Source: Octopus sinensis (taxonomy: Eukaryota). From it: a stretch of DNA of 64,000 nt. The first letter of the stretch is position 1, and every line of letters begins with the position of its first letter. Under the pieces are notes generated by a model that was not told where the DNA came from, searched no databases, and was given only the letters and a program-made list of their open reading frames with translations. Where the stretch lies: contig NC_043004.1 of NCBI RefSeq assembly GCF_006345805.1, positions 60,946,001 to 61,010,000 of the forward strand, written 5' to 3'. Made by a program: the position numbers and the translations under genes. Shown here one piece after another: positions 27,219 through 43,281 of the stretch.

Positions 27219-27454
27219 CGGCGGCGAGCTGGCAGAAACGTTAGCACGCCGGGCGAAATGCTTAGCGGTATTTTGTCTGCGTTACGTTGTGAGTTCAAAT
27301 TCCGCCGAGGTCGACTTTGCCTTTCATCCTTTCGGGGTCGATAAATTAAGTACCAGTTTCGCACTGGGGTCGATGTAATCGACTTAATATCTATGTCTGT
27401 CCTTGTTTGTCCCCCACCTCTGTGTTTAGCCCCTTGTGGGCAATAAAAAAATAG
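27219..27454 (+). mobile_element. SINE family C
   Basis: Same head and core as 15958-16372. Confidence 0.8.
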
Positions 27455-28574
27455 GTCGTTGTTGAATCTTTTTCTTTTCTTTCTGAAATCGTGCATGTGA
27501 CCAAGTGCTTTGTTGTAGGCTTGAAATTGCATTGCTTTTCATTATAGTTGTCATAGTTACACAAACGCGGACACTCTCACACACTCAAACACATACATAT
27601 GGAATATAATGACTCTAGTTATGATTGAGAGAAAATATATTATAGGAGTGTTCCACTTGTTCAATACAAATAAGCTAGGGTTTTATACGTCTTATTTTAT
27701 AAGTTAATCAACCGACATTATCCAGGCAATTATAGAGCAAGAATTCTGTCTATTGACATCAAAAAAAAAAAAAAAGAAGAAAAATCAACAAAAGCAATTT
27801 GTCCAGAAATTTCAGTCAACTAGAACTTCCTTGCTTGTTGCTGTCTAGTTGTTAAATATCTCAAGTTTTTGTCAGCTAGTTGCTAAGATAATCTCTTTTG
27901 TAGGAAGATTTTCTTTTAATTCATCATATTGGGTATAAGGAACTCTGTTATTATGTCTATAGTCAAAGCAGTAAATTGCCAGAGTTATTCAAGTGTTGGA
28001 TAGAATAGTTCGCAATATTTGTTTCGATTCTTCACGATCTGACTTCAAATTCCGCTAAGGTCACTTCTGCTTTTCCATTTTTGTTTTCGAGGTTAATAAA
28101 ATACCAATCCGGAGCGGTGGTTTGGCGGAACTATTAGAGAATCGCTCCGGGTGCCTTGAAGTATTTGCTCGTATTCTTTGCACTTTAAGTTCGAATCCAC
28201 TCATGGTTAATATTGCTTTTCATCGATGGAAATGTAGCAGTTGAACTGTAAGGACGAAAGTGAAATGCATTGCAATATTTGTTCCGAGTTACAGATGGAA
28301 TCCCATCGAGGTTAATTTTACCTTTCATCCTTCTGAGGTCGATAAATAGGAGACAATCCAAGGCGATGGCCTTGGAACTGTTAGAGGTTTGGACCAGAGG
28401 CCCAGCGGAATGCGTTCCAGCTCTTTGTGTTCATACAGATATCAAGCCGTGGCGGCCCAACTCCGCAGCCTTTTACTTTGCTAAACATCAGTGACGTGGA
28501 TAAAGATGACTTACATACATGGACAACTGTCAAAATTAGTTGCTCACATTCATGTACGTATGCATGTTTAATAT

Positions 28575-29010
28575 TCTTTTCTACTTTAGGCACAAGGCCC
28601 GAAATTTGTGGTGAGTGGGGGGAGAGGCAGTCGATTAGATCAACCCCAGTACGCAACTGATACTTAATTTATCGACCTCGAGAGATGAAAGGCAAAGTCG
28701 ACCCCGGTGGAATTTGAACTTAGAACGTGAAGACAGACGAAATACCGCTAAGAATTTAGCCCAGCGTGCTAACGTTTCTTATTTCTTTACTGTCCACAAG
28801 GGGCTAAACATAGAGGGACAAACAAGGACAGACAAACGGATTAAGTCGATTATATCGACCCCAGTGCGTGACTGGAACTTATTTAATCAACTCCGAAAGG
28901 ATGAAAGGGAAAGTCGACCTCGGTGGAATTTGAACTCAGAACGTAACGGCTGACGAAATACGGCTACGCACTTCGCCCGGCGTGCTAACGTTTCTCCCAG
29001 CTCACCGCCT
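28575..29010 (-). mobile_element. SINE family C with internal duplication
   Basis: Same head and core; head-to-head with a diverged copy at 29045-29235. Confidence 0.78.
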
Positions 29011-29959
29011 TGTATGCATGTTTAATATTAACTGACAGATTAAGTCGGCGAGCTGGCAGAATCGTTAGCATGCCAGTCAAAATGCTTAGCAGCATTTCGT
29101 CTGTCTTTGTGTTTTGAGTTCAAATTCCACTGGGATCGCGTTTGCCTTTCATTCTTCCGGGGTTGAGCACTGGGTTCGATTGAATCGACTTAGCTCCTCA
29201 CTCATAAACTGCTGGTCCTATGTCAAAATTTGTAACCGATATTAACCGACAGAATCTCTACAAATAACCCTTTGAGGTTGTCAGAGAATTCTTTTAATGA
29301 ATAAATGATAGAACATAGCAAATCCGTTAGCTGGGAAAAGATATTCATTGACGGCAAGTTTTTATTTTAGCGACGACGAAGAAATAGAAAGAAATCGATT
29401 AAACACTTTTTTAAAACTCGTGTATTTAATATGAACCATTGATTGAGATGTTAGCATTTCTTCTACTCAATGAATTAATCTTCATCATGACTGAATAAAG
29501 GATCCCACATCCGTATTTACTGACCCCTACAAACTTCAGTTATTATTTGAGATGGTACAAAGAACTTTAATAAATTTTATTTAGATTGTCTGAAACAAAG
29601 TTCATAGAATAACCAGAATTCATGATATCGCAACGTCGATAAAATGTAATTTCTTTTTAACTTTTTCTAATTTTGGCATAAGCCAGAAATTTTATTGAGA
29701 GGCTAAGAAGGATACATTGCCCCTTGTACTTGACTGGTACTTATTATATCTATCGCAAAAGATGTGAGTTAAAATGATCTCGGCAGACTTTGAACTCGGA
29801 ACATAAAGAGACGGGAGAAATGTCGATTAGCATGTTGTCCAACGCGCTAATCCTGTCAACTCGCCACCTGTTTTAAATTTTAATGCAAAGCTAGCAATTT
29901 TAGTGGCTATAGGATAGTCGATTATATCAACTACAGTATTCAACTGATACTTATATCAT

Positions 29960-30350
29960 TTTCTGTTCTAGGCGCGTGACTCGAAATTATGGAGGAGGCG
30001 CCAGTTTATTAGATCGACCCAAGTACGCAACTGATACGTAATTAATCGACCCCGATAGGATGAAAGGCAAAGTCGACCTCGGCGGAATTTGAACTCAGAA
30101 CGTAAAGACAGACGAAATACCTATTTCTTTACTACCCACAAGGGGCAACACAGAGGACAAACAAGGACAGACAAACGGATTAAGTCGATTATACCGACCC
30201 CAGTGCGTAACTGGTACTTATTTAATCGACCCCGAAAGGATGAAAGGCAAAGTGGACCTCGGCGGAATTTGAACTCAGAACGTAACGGCAGACGAAATAC
30301 GGCTACGCATTTTGCCCGGCGTGCTAACGTTTCTGCCAGCTCACCGCCTT
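29960..30350 (-). mobile_element. SINE family C with internal duplication
   Basis: Same head and core. Confidence 0.78.
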
Positions 30351-30518
30351 TGATACTTATTACATCGACTCTGAAAGGAAATAAGGCAAAGTTAACCTCG
30401 GAGGAATTTAAACTTAGAAAGTAACAATCAGAAAAAATACTGTTAAACATTTCAACTGACGAGTTAAGGATTCTGCTAGCCAGCCGCCATTGATGATGTA
30501 AAACAATTTTATTTTCCA

Positions 30519-30917
30519 CTAGCAGTATCGCCCGGCATTGCTCGGATTTGTAAGGGAAATAACTATATAAGCATTTTTAGAGATGTAAAGTATAATAGCC
30601 ATCTCAATATGGCTGACCACAAAGGGGGGGTGTGTTACTGTAGCTTTTTACGTTCTGAGATTTAATGATAAATTTTTAGAGAGTTACTTCCCTTATATAT
30701 GCCAAAAATGCATCAAAAATGGGAAAAATTTATGGTAAATTTTTTTTTAAAATCATAGACTCATCGTAGACGCGCGCTAATACACAGAAGGGCTCGATAT
30801 GAATCACGACTATAAGATACCCGGTTTTGGTTAAACTGCACCGCAAAATGTGGGAGTAGTTAGGAATCTAAATCGTAGGAGACAGACAGCACACAACCTT
30901 ACTTTTATATATAAAGA
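30519..30917 (-). mobile_element. Non-autonomous Helitron-like element, copy 3
   Basis: Reverse complement of 380-771, with TC...CTAG termini. Confidence 0.8.
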
Positions 30918-31672
30918 TTTATTCTTTCTTCTACCAATGCATTAGTAGGAGAAGGAGGTGAATAAATGGTTGATTGAATTTGCCCTGGGTGTATAACTGG
31001 TTGTTATTTAGTCGATGCCGTAAGGAGGAAAAAAAAGGTCCACGATGACGGGATCTGGAACCAATGTTTATAGGATATAAGTAAAGAGATCAATTCGTAT
31101 ATTCGGTACGGTCTTCTACCATTTCTGCCGCCACTCCAATGCTTATTGGTCTGAGATGTGTCACTGATGTTTGGCTCTAAGATATTGGTCCTATATAAAG
31201 CTGTAATGCGTTTGATAATAAGCCAGAACGATCAGTACTTGCTTGAGAATACATAACAAAATAACCCATACTAATTTTGTCAACAAGATACTTACAAATG
31301 AATAAATAATAAACAAAAAAATAAATAGATATATAATGAATAAACAATTAAAAAGGTAAATAAACAAACAAATACACAAATAAATAAATAAATGAATAAA
31401 TACATAATGTGAACTTACCCCCACACAGTCAGTTGTTAAGTTAAAACAACTGAACACTAGAAGCAAGATTTTAAACGATTTATCGATCCGTATAATGATG
31501 ATCAATAAACATGGTAGCCACTCAACATATTAGCATTTCGATTCTCAACTGAAAGGAAAATCTTACCGAAAAGCTATGTTTATGAATAAATAAATAATTA
31601 GATGAATAAATGAATAAATATAAGAATATAAATGTATACTGTGTATATGTATATATATATATATATATATAC

Positions 31673-31799
<127 letters not shown>

Positions 31800-32100
31800 A
31801 TACATATACATATATATATACATATACATATATATATCTATATATATATATATGTATGTATATTTATATAAGTATGTACATACATAAAAAATAAACTCTT
31901 TCACTGCTTCTTTTCTTTTACTCTACGACAGTCACTGAATATTTTAACAAGGTCAACATTGATTTTTCTTTGGTTGGGGCAAATGGAGATATTAACAAGT
32001 GCATTCAATTGTAGGTGCATTTGTAAACTGCTAAACATACCAGTGCAAGTGTGGGTTATTAGGTGCAGGTATAGTTGTGTTATTAGTCATGTTGTCTTGT

Positions 32101-32480
32101 GAAGCACTCCGTCGGTTACGACGACGAGGGTTCCGGTTGATCCGAATCAACGGAACAGCCTGCTCGTGAAATTAACGTGTAAGTGGCTGAGCACTCCACA
32201 GACACGTGTACCCTTAACGTAGTTCTCGGGGATATTCAGCGTGACACAGAGAGTGACAAGGCCGGCCCTTTGAAATACAGGTACAACAGAAACAGGAAGT
32301 AAGACTGAGAGAAAGTTGTGGTGAAAGAGTACAGCAGGGATCACCACCATCCCTGCCGGAGCCTCGTGGAGCTTTAGGTGTTTTCGCTCAATAAACACTC
32401 ACAACGCCCGGTCTGGGAATCGAAACCGCGATCCTATGACCGCGAGTCCGCTGCCCTAACCACTGGGCCATTGCGCCTCC
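32101..32480 (-). mobile_element. SINE family A, full length, nested in an older family-B copy
   Basis: Reverse complement of 2735-3115; diverged family-B sequence resumes at ~32481-32597. Confidence 0.85.
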
Positions 32481-32728
32481 ACGGTGTTTAGTCCTACTAC
32501 ATGGCACACTGGGCAAGTGTTTTCTACTAACGCCCCTCGACGACTAAAGCATTCTGAATGGAGAATTTCGTAAACGGAAGATGGAAGAAGTCCATTGTGT
32601 GTGTATGTGTATGTACATATACACCCGAGTACTCTTCATTCTATTATTGTTTCCAGTGTTATTTTGGTGGTTTAAACGAGGGTTTTATCTCTCATTCCTA
32701 GCAGGTAGACGTATGCGCACGCCTTTAT

Positions 32729-34556
<1,828 letters not shown>

Positions 34557-34651
34557 GGAGGTGCAATGGCCCAGTGGTTAGAGCAGCGGACTCGCCGTCG
34601 TAGGGTCGTGGTTTCGATTTCCAGACCGGGCGTTGTGAGTCTTTATTGAGC
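34557..34651 (+). mobile_element. SINE family A head (truncated)
   Basis: Matches 2735-2830. Confidence 0.7.
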
Positions 34652-35734
34652 GTTTTGTTTGTCTGTTTGTATGTGTGTGTCTTGTAGGATCTCGGGCATT
34701 CTCCATCCGATTGCGCTCAACTTTGATATGTAGATACCGACGGTATCAGGGCGTGTATAAATCTTGAAAAAATTACAAAAATCGATTCCAGGTGAGAATG
34801 CGATCGATAAAGCTGTGGGAACGTGCATTTGCACGCGCAAGTACATCAGCTTCTGCGATCGATTCTACGCGTACGCGAAAAAATGCACGTGCAGTTTGCG
34901 CAAAAAAGTCGGCTGGCTTGAAATAATGCCACAAAATGCAGAATATTTAAGAGACCAAAAAAAGTAAGATGCAAAAGAGATATTTTCTTCAAACTTGGCA
35001 TGAAGGAAGGAAAGACTATTTGGTTTCTCAAGAAGTTTTGTTTTTGCCTTAACTTTGTTTAACAAAACCAAAAATTTTATTGAAATAAAGGCATGCTTAA
35101 TTATTTTTTAATGAAAAGAAAACACTGATTGCTTTCTATTCAAAGAAGAAAATACTATTTTCTTGCTAATAAACTCCCCCAGTCAACATCCTTATCATTA
35201 CTGGTACTTTAAAACCTTCGGTTGCAGATTTGTGTGAATAAAATCGTTTTTCTTTGGAATAGAATAAAGGTCTATCTTTATTTCTTCTTTTGCTGGTGTC
35301 TCAATTTTAGGTTAAGTCAGTGTTTCTCAAAGGGGAGGCCTATGGGACGGTCGGACAAGTTGAGAAAATTTGTTTTAAATGTTTGACAACTCAGCACCAT
35401 CCATTGGGCGGGGAAGGGCGTTTCGATCGTATATATATATATATATATATATATAATTGTGTGTGTGTATACATCAATATACATATCCACGCATACATCT
35501 ATCTCTATAAGGCATATTCCTCCCTCGCCTTTACATTTGATCACAGATTTCATTATAGAACCTATTCGAATTTCGTAATCCTTTAAATCCAATTTATATG
35601 TGATATGACATGATCTTGATCTTACATTAATGTTCTCGTTGTCTTCTATGAAATTACTTCAGCAAACAAAATAGCGCAGCTCCAGGAAAACATGACATTC
35701 AGACTTCCAAGGCATGCAAATAGTTTCAGTCGTC

Positions 35735-35737
35735 TCC

Positions 35738-35774
<37 letters not shown>

Positions 35775-36370
35775 TGTCTTTCTATCTCTCTCTGTCTGCC
35801 TGACTCTCTCTCTTTGTGTGTGTGTGTCTCTCTCTCTCTCTCTTTGTGTCTGTCTGTCACTCTCTCTTTGTGTCTGTCTGTCACTCTCTCTTTGTGTCTG
35901 TCTGTCACTCTCTCTTTGTATCTTTCTATCTCTTTCTGTCAGTCTCTCTCTCCCTTTGTGTCTATCTCTCTTTGTGCCTTTCTATCTCTCTCTGTCTGCC
36001 TGTCTCTCTCTCTTTGTGTCTATCTCTCTCTCTCTCTTTGTGTCTGTCTGTCACTCTCTCTTTGTGTCTGTCACTCTCTCTTTGCGTATGTCACTCTCTC
36101 TTTGTATCTTTCTATCTCTCTCTGCCAGACTCTTTTTCTCTCTCTCTCTCTTTGTGTCTGTCTCTCTCTGTCAGTCTCTCTCTTTGTATCTTTCCATCTA
36201 TCTCTGTCAATCTCTTTCTCTCTCTCTTTGTGTGTGTGTGTCTCTCTCTCTGTCAGTCTCTTTCTCTCTCTCTCTTTGTGTCTATCTCTCTCTGTCAGTT
36301 TCTCTCTTTGTGTCTTTCTATCTCTCTCTTTCAGTCTCTCTCTCTTTCTCTGTATGTGTCTCTCTTTTTC
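35735..36370. repeat. Complex CT-rich mini/microsatellite
   Basis: Reiterated ctctctctttgtgtctgtc variants, followed by (CTT)/(CCT)/(CTA)/(CTG) runs to ~36835. Confidence 0.9.
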
Positions 36371-36697
36371 GCACACGCTTCTTTTCTTTTCTTTTCTCAA
36401 CACCGCCATTCTTAGATCTTCCTTTGTCTCTATTCTCTTGTTGATTCTCTCCATGCTTTCCTTTAACTCCTACTCCATCCATTCCTCACCATTCCTCCTC
36501 CCCTTCTGGCATTTCTTCAACCTATTTCTTTTCTTTCTTTTCTTCTTCAACATCTCTTCTTCTTCTTCTCCTCTCCTCCTCCTCCTCCTCCTTCTTCTTC
36601 TTCTTCTTCTTCTTCTTCTTCCTCCTCCTCCTCCTCTGCTTATCTTTTCCTTTGTCATCATCATCATCATCAACTTCCTTTTCTTCTTCTTCATCGT

Positions 36698-36746
<49 letters not shown>

Positions 36747-37048
36747 GTCTTCTTCTTCGTAATCATCTCCTCCTCCCCCTCTTCCTCCCCTCCCCCTCCT
36801 GTTCCTCCTCCCTGCTGCTGCTGTTGCTGCTGCTGCAAGTATTTCTGGTGATTCATTCCAAATATTAGTTAGTTAAGCTTATTGACAAACTTCCTTATGC
36901 AAACACGCGTCCACGTCTAGACGGAGATGTCAGAAGTGACGCTAGACAACTTTGCAGGAATCCCGAGACAGTCAGCAAGCAGTTTAATGTCATCAATCAA
37001 GACGAGATAAATAATATGTATGTATGTGAATGTATGTATGTATGTATG

Positions 37049-37433
37049 CGGGCGAAATGCTTAGCGGTATTTCGTCTGCGTTACGTTGTGAGTTCAAATT
37101 CCGCCGAGGTCGGCTTTGCCTTTCATCCTTTCGGGGTCGATTAAATAAGTACCAGTTACGCACTGGGGTCGATATAATCGACTTAATCCGTTTGTCTGTC
37201 CTTGTTTGTCCTCTCTGTGTTTAGCCCCTTGTGGGTAGTAAAGAAATAGGTATTTCGTCTGCGTTACGTTGTGAGTTCAAATTCCGCCGAGGTCGACTTT
37301 GCCTTTCATCCTTTCGGGGTCGATAAATTAAGTACCAGTTACGCACTGGGGTCGATGTAATCGACTTAATACCTATGTCTGTCCTTGTTTGTCCCCTCTG
37401 TGTTTAGCCCCTTGTGGGTAATAAAGGAATAGG
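37049..37433 (+). mobile_element. SINE family C, duplicated core
   Basis: Two ~180-bp core units. Confidence 0.8.
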
Positions 37434-37808
37434 CATGTATGCATGTACGTATGTATGTGTGTATTCATGCTTGTATGTATATGTGTATGTATATGAATGT
37501 GTTTGTATGTATGTACGCCTATATGTATGTATGTATGTATGTGTGAATATATGTATGCATGCATGTACGTATGTATTGTATGTATATGTGCGATGGTTGG
37601 GTGCTGATAAATCTGGGTGCATATGGGCGCATGCATCTGCATACATAAACACATATATGTTTATAAATGTGTGTGTGTATATATATATATGTGTGTGTGT
37701 GTGGACATATATATGAGTATATATACGTATATGTATGTATGTGTATGTACGTCTATGTGTATGTAGATGTGCATCGGGTTTTGTAAACGAGAACTGAAGA
37801 AGCCTATC

Positions 37809-37856
<48 letters not shown>

Positions 37857-37857
37857 A

Positions 37858-37892
<35 letters not shown>

Positions 37893-37907
37893 ATATCAGA
37901 TCTAAGT

Positions 37908-38465
37908 TATGGTCAGGTCACTTTTGAGTGCTACTGGTAACATGTAACCCAGTACAACCGGTTGCATGGTCGGTTCGTCCGCCACTAAACCGGCAACCCC
38001 ACCAAGCTTGCTTGGTGAGGAGGGTGTTTATTGGACACCCTGCGGGATGAAAAACAAAACCCGTCAAAGGGCGGAGGAACTCTTGAGAGTCAACGGCCAT
38101 CCAATAAATGCCTTAATGCTGTATCATGCACAGGGACATAGAAATAATCAGACTGCATACCCGATTGCGCGGTTAAACCATTGGGAGTGAAGGACTCCTA
38201 GCCTTTGTTGGGGCATCCTTCTAGGAGAAGGTAACTCAGGTAACTGGGATAACTCCGATATAAAACCTGCGGCTCAGTGGTTACTGATGATGCTGACTTG
38301 TTCTTCTTTTCGGATTATGGCTGCTGGTGCTTAGTGAGTGGGATTGACTCTGTGCACAGCCTTTCCTCTCTTTAAAAAAAATCTTCTTGCACAGGCATTG
38401 CACGATAACAACATTGATTAAGCTTCGTGCAATGGCCATACTCGATAACGAGGGGGCAGCCACCA
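37908..38465 (+). mobile_element. Probable RTE-type LINE 5' UTR remnant
   Basis: gggcatccttctaggagaaggtaactc resembles a motif recalled from RTE 5' UTRs; no ORF follows. Confidence 0.4.
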
Positions 38466-38470
38466 TATAT

Positions 38471-38867
38471 CAGGTACGTGCCGTCAGTAATTACTTAGGG
38501 TAGGTAGTTGGTGACGTTTATGTAGTACAAAAATAAATAAATGAAACACATCCGCGTGACTGAGTCGAGGACAGATTTAATTCGGCCTTTATAGCACGTA
38601 AAGAAAACGTTGTGGTAGGAATGCACGCAGCATTTGTGCTACAGCAATACTATGCGTAGCTTAAATACTGACATTGAAAGGCAGGAGCGAATTATGCTTA
38701 CCTATTCTACAATTTAAAAAAATGCATTTTATGCATAGTAATTAGAATAACCGTCATAATTTTATGGAATTTGGTGCATAGTTTTCCATAAAAGGAAAAT
38801 GTTACTATCGATCTATTTTATTCAGGGTAGGTTCTGCCTACCCTGCTTACCCAGGCGGTACGTCCGT

Positions 38868-38868
<1 letters not shown>
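38471..38868. mobile_element. Possible hAT-type MITE
   Basis: Imperfect TIRs caggtacgtgccg / cggtacgtccgtg, with subterminal gggtagg / cctaccc motifs. Confidence 0.4.
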
Positions 38869-38917
<49 letters not shown>

Positions 38918-39774
38918 AACACACACACATACGTAACAAATAGACTGTGTACCAGGCCTACAAAGAAATAATTACTGGCTGGATTCGTTCGACTAAAGTT
39001 CTTCCAGGTGGTGCCCCAGCATGGCCGGCCGCAGTCTAATGGCAGAGACAAGTAGAAGAAAGACGATAAAAGATAAGAGACATACATGTAGACGAATAGT
39101 GACTGTGTGGCAAGTAATTTGCTTACCAACCAAACGGGTCAGTGTTCAGTACTGCGAGGCACTTTGAGCAGGTGTCTTCTACTTTAACCTTGGGATGATT
39201 GAAATCCTGTGAGTGGATTTGGTAGACAGAATGGGAAAGAAGCCAATCGTGTATGTCGTGTGTGTGTGTGTGTGTGTGTTTGTGTGTGTGTACGTGTGTG
39301 CGTGACCCACCACCACCACCTGGCAACCAGTGTACGTGTATTTACGTCTCCGTACGCTGGCGGTTCGGCTAAAGAAACAAATGGAGTAAGCGCCAGGCTT
39401 AAAAATTAAAAGTAATTACTGGGGTCTATTTAAGGTGGTGCTCCAGCACGGCCGCAGTTTAATGACTGCAGTAAGTGAAAGAATAAAAGATTTAAAGAAT
39501 ATACACATACACACACGCACGTGTACATTAACACATACAAGATTTTTGATGGAGTTTCTGCTAGAAGCGAAAGGAACCAAAAGTGAAGTAGTACATTGAT
39601 TTGATTAAGTAGTACATTCATTTAATTAAGTAGATGTTTATAATTTCATTTAATAAGTCTTGCGGCACTAGAATTGTTGCATTCCTCAAGAATTCATCAG
39701 AAATGTTACTTACGTTTTCTTTTTGTCCATAAAGATAAGAGAAACTCTGATTTATTTGCCCTTACCACTGTTCA

Positions 39775-40380
39775 CATGCATACATACATTGCACTAAAGG
39801 TTTAGAGATGCAGGAAAAGCAGTAACATGTGACAACCGATGCAGACTTTGTGGGGTTTACACTGAAGATATCACCCACATCATAAGCAGTTGTCCTAAAT
39901 TGTCATCATGGTAATATCTAGCGATGAGACATGATGTTGTAGCTAGGTTATTCTATAATGAAATCTGTCGGAAAGATAATCCCAAGGACGTAAAAATATG
40001 AACCCACAATATGATAGAGGTCATAGTGACTCATAAGAAAAAAGGAATACTCAATAAAATGTAAGCACAAAAGACCTGGGAAAGAGAAGAGAAACTACAC
40101 AGTTGTTGAAATTAGCTGCCCAGCGGATATTAACATAAACTAAAGTTCAGAGAAAAAGATTTCCAATATGATGAACTTTTGAGAAATTTGCAGTTACTCT
40201 ATACAGATTACAAGTTCAGGTTTATACCTGTAATTATTAGCACTCTACCTAAATACCAATATTTATGCTTCTCAAAACCAGAAAGGAGAAAGCTAATTCG
40301 AAGACTACAGATCCAATCAATCACTGGAACTGTAAAAATCTGTAAAACTTTCAGAAGTTTATCATTTAAATATATATGAG
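39775..40380 (+). mobile_element. RLE-type (R4/Dong-like) LINE 3' fragment
   Basis: Encodes CRLCGVYTEDITHIISSCPK...RHDVVAR, and later FRFIPVII...RRLQIQSITGTVKICKTF. Confidence 0.7.
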
Positions 40381-40481
40381 CATGTCAAGACATGCAACTA
40401 TATGCATGAAAATACATACATAAAACATACTAATCTGCACATGCATACATACATACATACATACATACATACATGCATACA

Positions 40482-40516
<35 letters not shown>

Positions 40517-40517
40517 C

Positions 40518-41015
40518 CTGTTGTTGACGTTGAAAATTTCTATGAGGGGGCCTTGGATCTAGGTTAGAAACCGGTTCTTTCTCTATTGGCTAAAAATCTT
40601 GCAATAAACTGAATAATGACATACATACATACACATGTGTTTGCAGTCCCGGAATAGGAAATATCAACCAAGTACCTGATGGTTCTTTCTCTATTGGCAA
40701 GAAATCTTGAAATAAACTGAGTAATGACATACATACTCTGTTGTTGATGTTGAAATTCCAATGAAGGGGCATTGGATCTAGGTTACAAACCGGCTCTTTC
40801 TCTGTTGACAAAAGATCTTGAAATAAAACTGAGTAATGACATACATACATACATATATACATACATACATACATACATACATACATACATACATACATAC
40901 ATACATACATACATACACTGTTGATGTTCAAATTCCAATGAAACAGCCTTGGATCTAGGTTAGAAACTGGCTCTCTCCATTAGGAAGATCTTGGAATAAA
41001 ACTGAATAATGACAT
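40518..41015 (+). repeat. Tandemly reiterated ~100-bp LINE tail unit separated by (ATAC)n
   Basis: ctgttgttgatgttgaaattccaatg...ggatctaggttagaaaccgg...aataatgacatac x3 plus a partial copy. Confidence 0.75.
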
Positions 41016-41147
41016 ATATAGCTATTGGCGACAGAAGTGCTCATATAATTTAGTTGTTATTGGCCTGCATATCCTGGAACAAAATACATAGTACTTCATG
41101 GGATACATGGTAAATGATGTTAGCGTAGTGTCTTTCACAAAGTACTC

Positions 41148-41352
41148 AGAGCTTGCAGAATCATTAGTACGCCGGGCGAAATGCATAGCAGTATTTCGTC
41201 TGTCTTTCGTTCTGAGTTCAAATTCCACCGAGGTCGACTTTGCCTTTCATCCTTTCGGTGTCGATGAATTAAGAACCAGATGCGTACTGGGGTCGATCTA
41301 ATCGATTGGCTTATTCTCCCAAAATTTCGGGCCTTGTGGCTAGAGAAGGAAA
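41148..41352 (+). mobile_element. SINE family C
   Basis: Same core. Confidence 0.72.
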
Positions 41353-43281
41353 AATTATTTTATCGGTTCTGGAAGTATAGGAGGAAAGTTGACCACAACG
41401 GGATTTGAACTCAAAATGCAAAGAACCGGATAAAAAACCTTAGCCAATTCTGCCTTTCAACGTGAACAACAAGTGTTTCTTATTCAAACTCATAGCCAGC
41501 AGTTTTGAGGAGAAAAGTCAATCCATACAATCGTCCTCTCTACTTGACCTACTTTACTTTACCAATCCTGAAAGGATGAAAAGCAAAGTAGACGCGGCGG
41601 GATTTGAACTCAAAACAGAGCCGGAAAAAAATATCTGCGAATTTTTTTGCTTTTTAAGCACTGATGATTCTACACCTGATTATACAATTTTTTCTAGCTC
41701 TGGTATAGTGTGTGATTCAGTAGATGCCTTTATCAACACCGGAGGGATAAAAGGCAAAGTTGACCTCGGTGGAATTTGAACGCAGAATGTAAAGAAACGG
41801 ATGAAAAGTCACGTAGCATTTTACAGATGCGCTAACGATTCTTCTAGCTCGCAGCCTAACAGTAATAATTTCTTATATAGAATATTTTTTTCGGTAAATA
41901 GATAAAAATAGACGGGGTTTAATTTATATCCTACGTCTAGATCAATGAAATCGATATCAATAGACTCATTCAAGTAGGGGTCATACTCATCACCTACAAA
42001 TAACAAACAAACATGACCCTGCTTTTTAAATTGTGTGTGCATATGTGTATGTGTAAGCGTGTGTATGTGTGTGTGTGTATGTGTACAGATCGTATCCAAC
42101 GGTAGTGTTTATCCAACCATATGATCAATCAATGGGTTAGAATACGATAAATGACATCGATCAGTCAGATTTGCTTCTTTTCCAATTTCTTCATAAATCT
42201 ATTGAGAGTGGAGGCTAGTGGACTATTATTTCCATAGAATAATTCCTATTTGGCATTAAGTGGAAACATTTATTCTGTTACGAACTCATGAAAATTTCCA
42301 CTTTTTTTCCTGTTCTGTGGTCTTCAATCTATTTCCTTTCTTATTTATTTATTTATTTTTATGTTTGTTTATTCCATCTATTTTCATCACATGCTCCTCT
42401 GCTTATCCCCACTCTTCCTCCTACCACCCCTCTCTGTTCCTTTTTTTTTCTGTATACTTTTTGCTTCAGGCATCATTGTTTTTGTTTTTAATGTTTTTGT
42501 CAGTGCTTCGTTGTTGTTATTGAGGAAAGACTGAAGACGATTTCGATTTCGTTTTTATTTTCCTTTTCGTTTTCATTCAAGGTATTGATTTGAAGAAAAA
42601 AAAAACACACACTCACGCACACTAACACACACACACACACATACACACACACACACACACACATTCACACACACGCACACACACACACACTCACACACAC
42701 ACTCACACTCACACACACGCACACATATACACGCACGCACACACACTCACACACACGCACACACACACACACTAACACACACGCACACATACACACACAC
42801 ACTAACACACACACACATATACACGCACACACACACACTCACACACACTAACACACACACTAACACACACACACACACGCACACACACGCACACATATAC
42901 ACGCACGCACACATACACGAGCGCACACACATATGTATGCATATAAATGTGTGCATGTGTGTCCTTGCGTACACGCACACACGTCAAGTGTCTGATATAC
43001 TGGTATCATTCATTGCACTGCAACCATTTAGGGCCACCGCTATATAGAACTTCAATCAGTGGTAGCGACTTCCAGCGCTTATTTCATTTCATTTTTAATA
43101 CAGCACACTCTTCCTTACGTCTAGTTATCCGTCGGTCCATCCGCCCGTTCGTCCGTCCATCCGTCCGTCTGTCTGTCTATCGTTCCATCTGTCTCTCTGT
43201 CAACCTGTCTGTATGTCTGTCTGCCTATCTGTCTATCCTTGCACCAATATATAAACTTTAGCAGCATTAGATTATTTTTAA

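Noticed and set aside
34652-35050. Possible Helitron/Helentron-type internal fragment
   Set aside because: Only a loose resemblance; termini not found and no second copy in the window.
35692-36851. Long ORFs (250-359 aa)
   Set aside because: Translations of CT-rich simple repeats.
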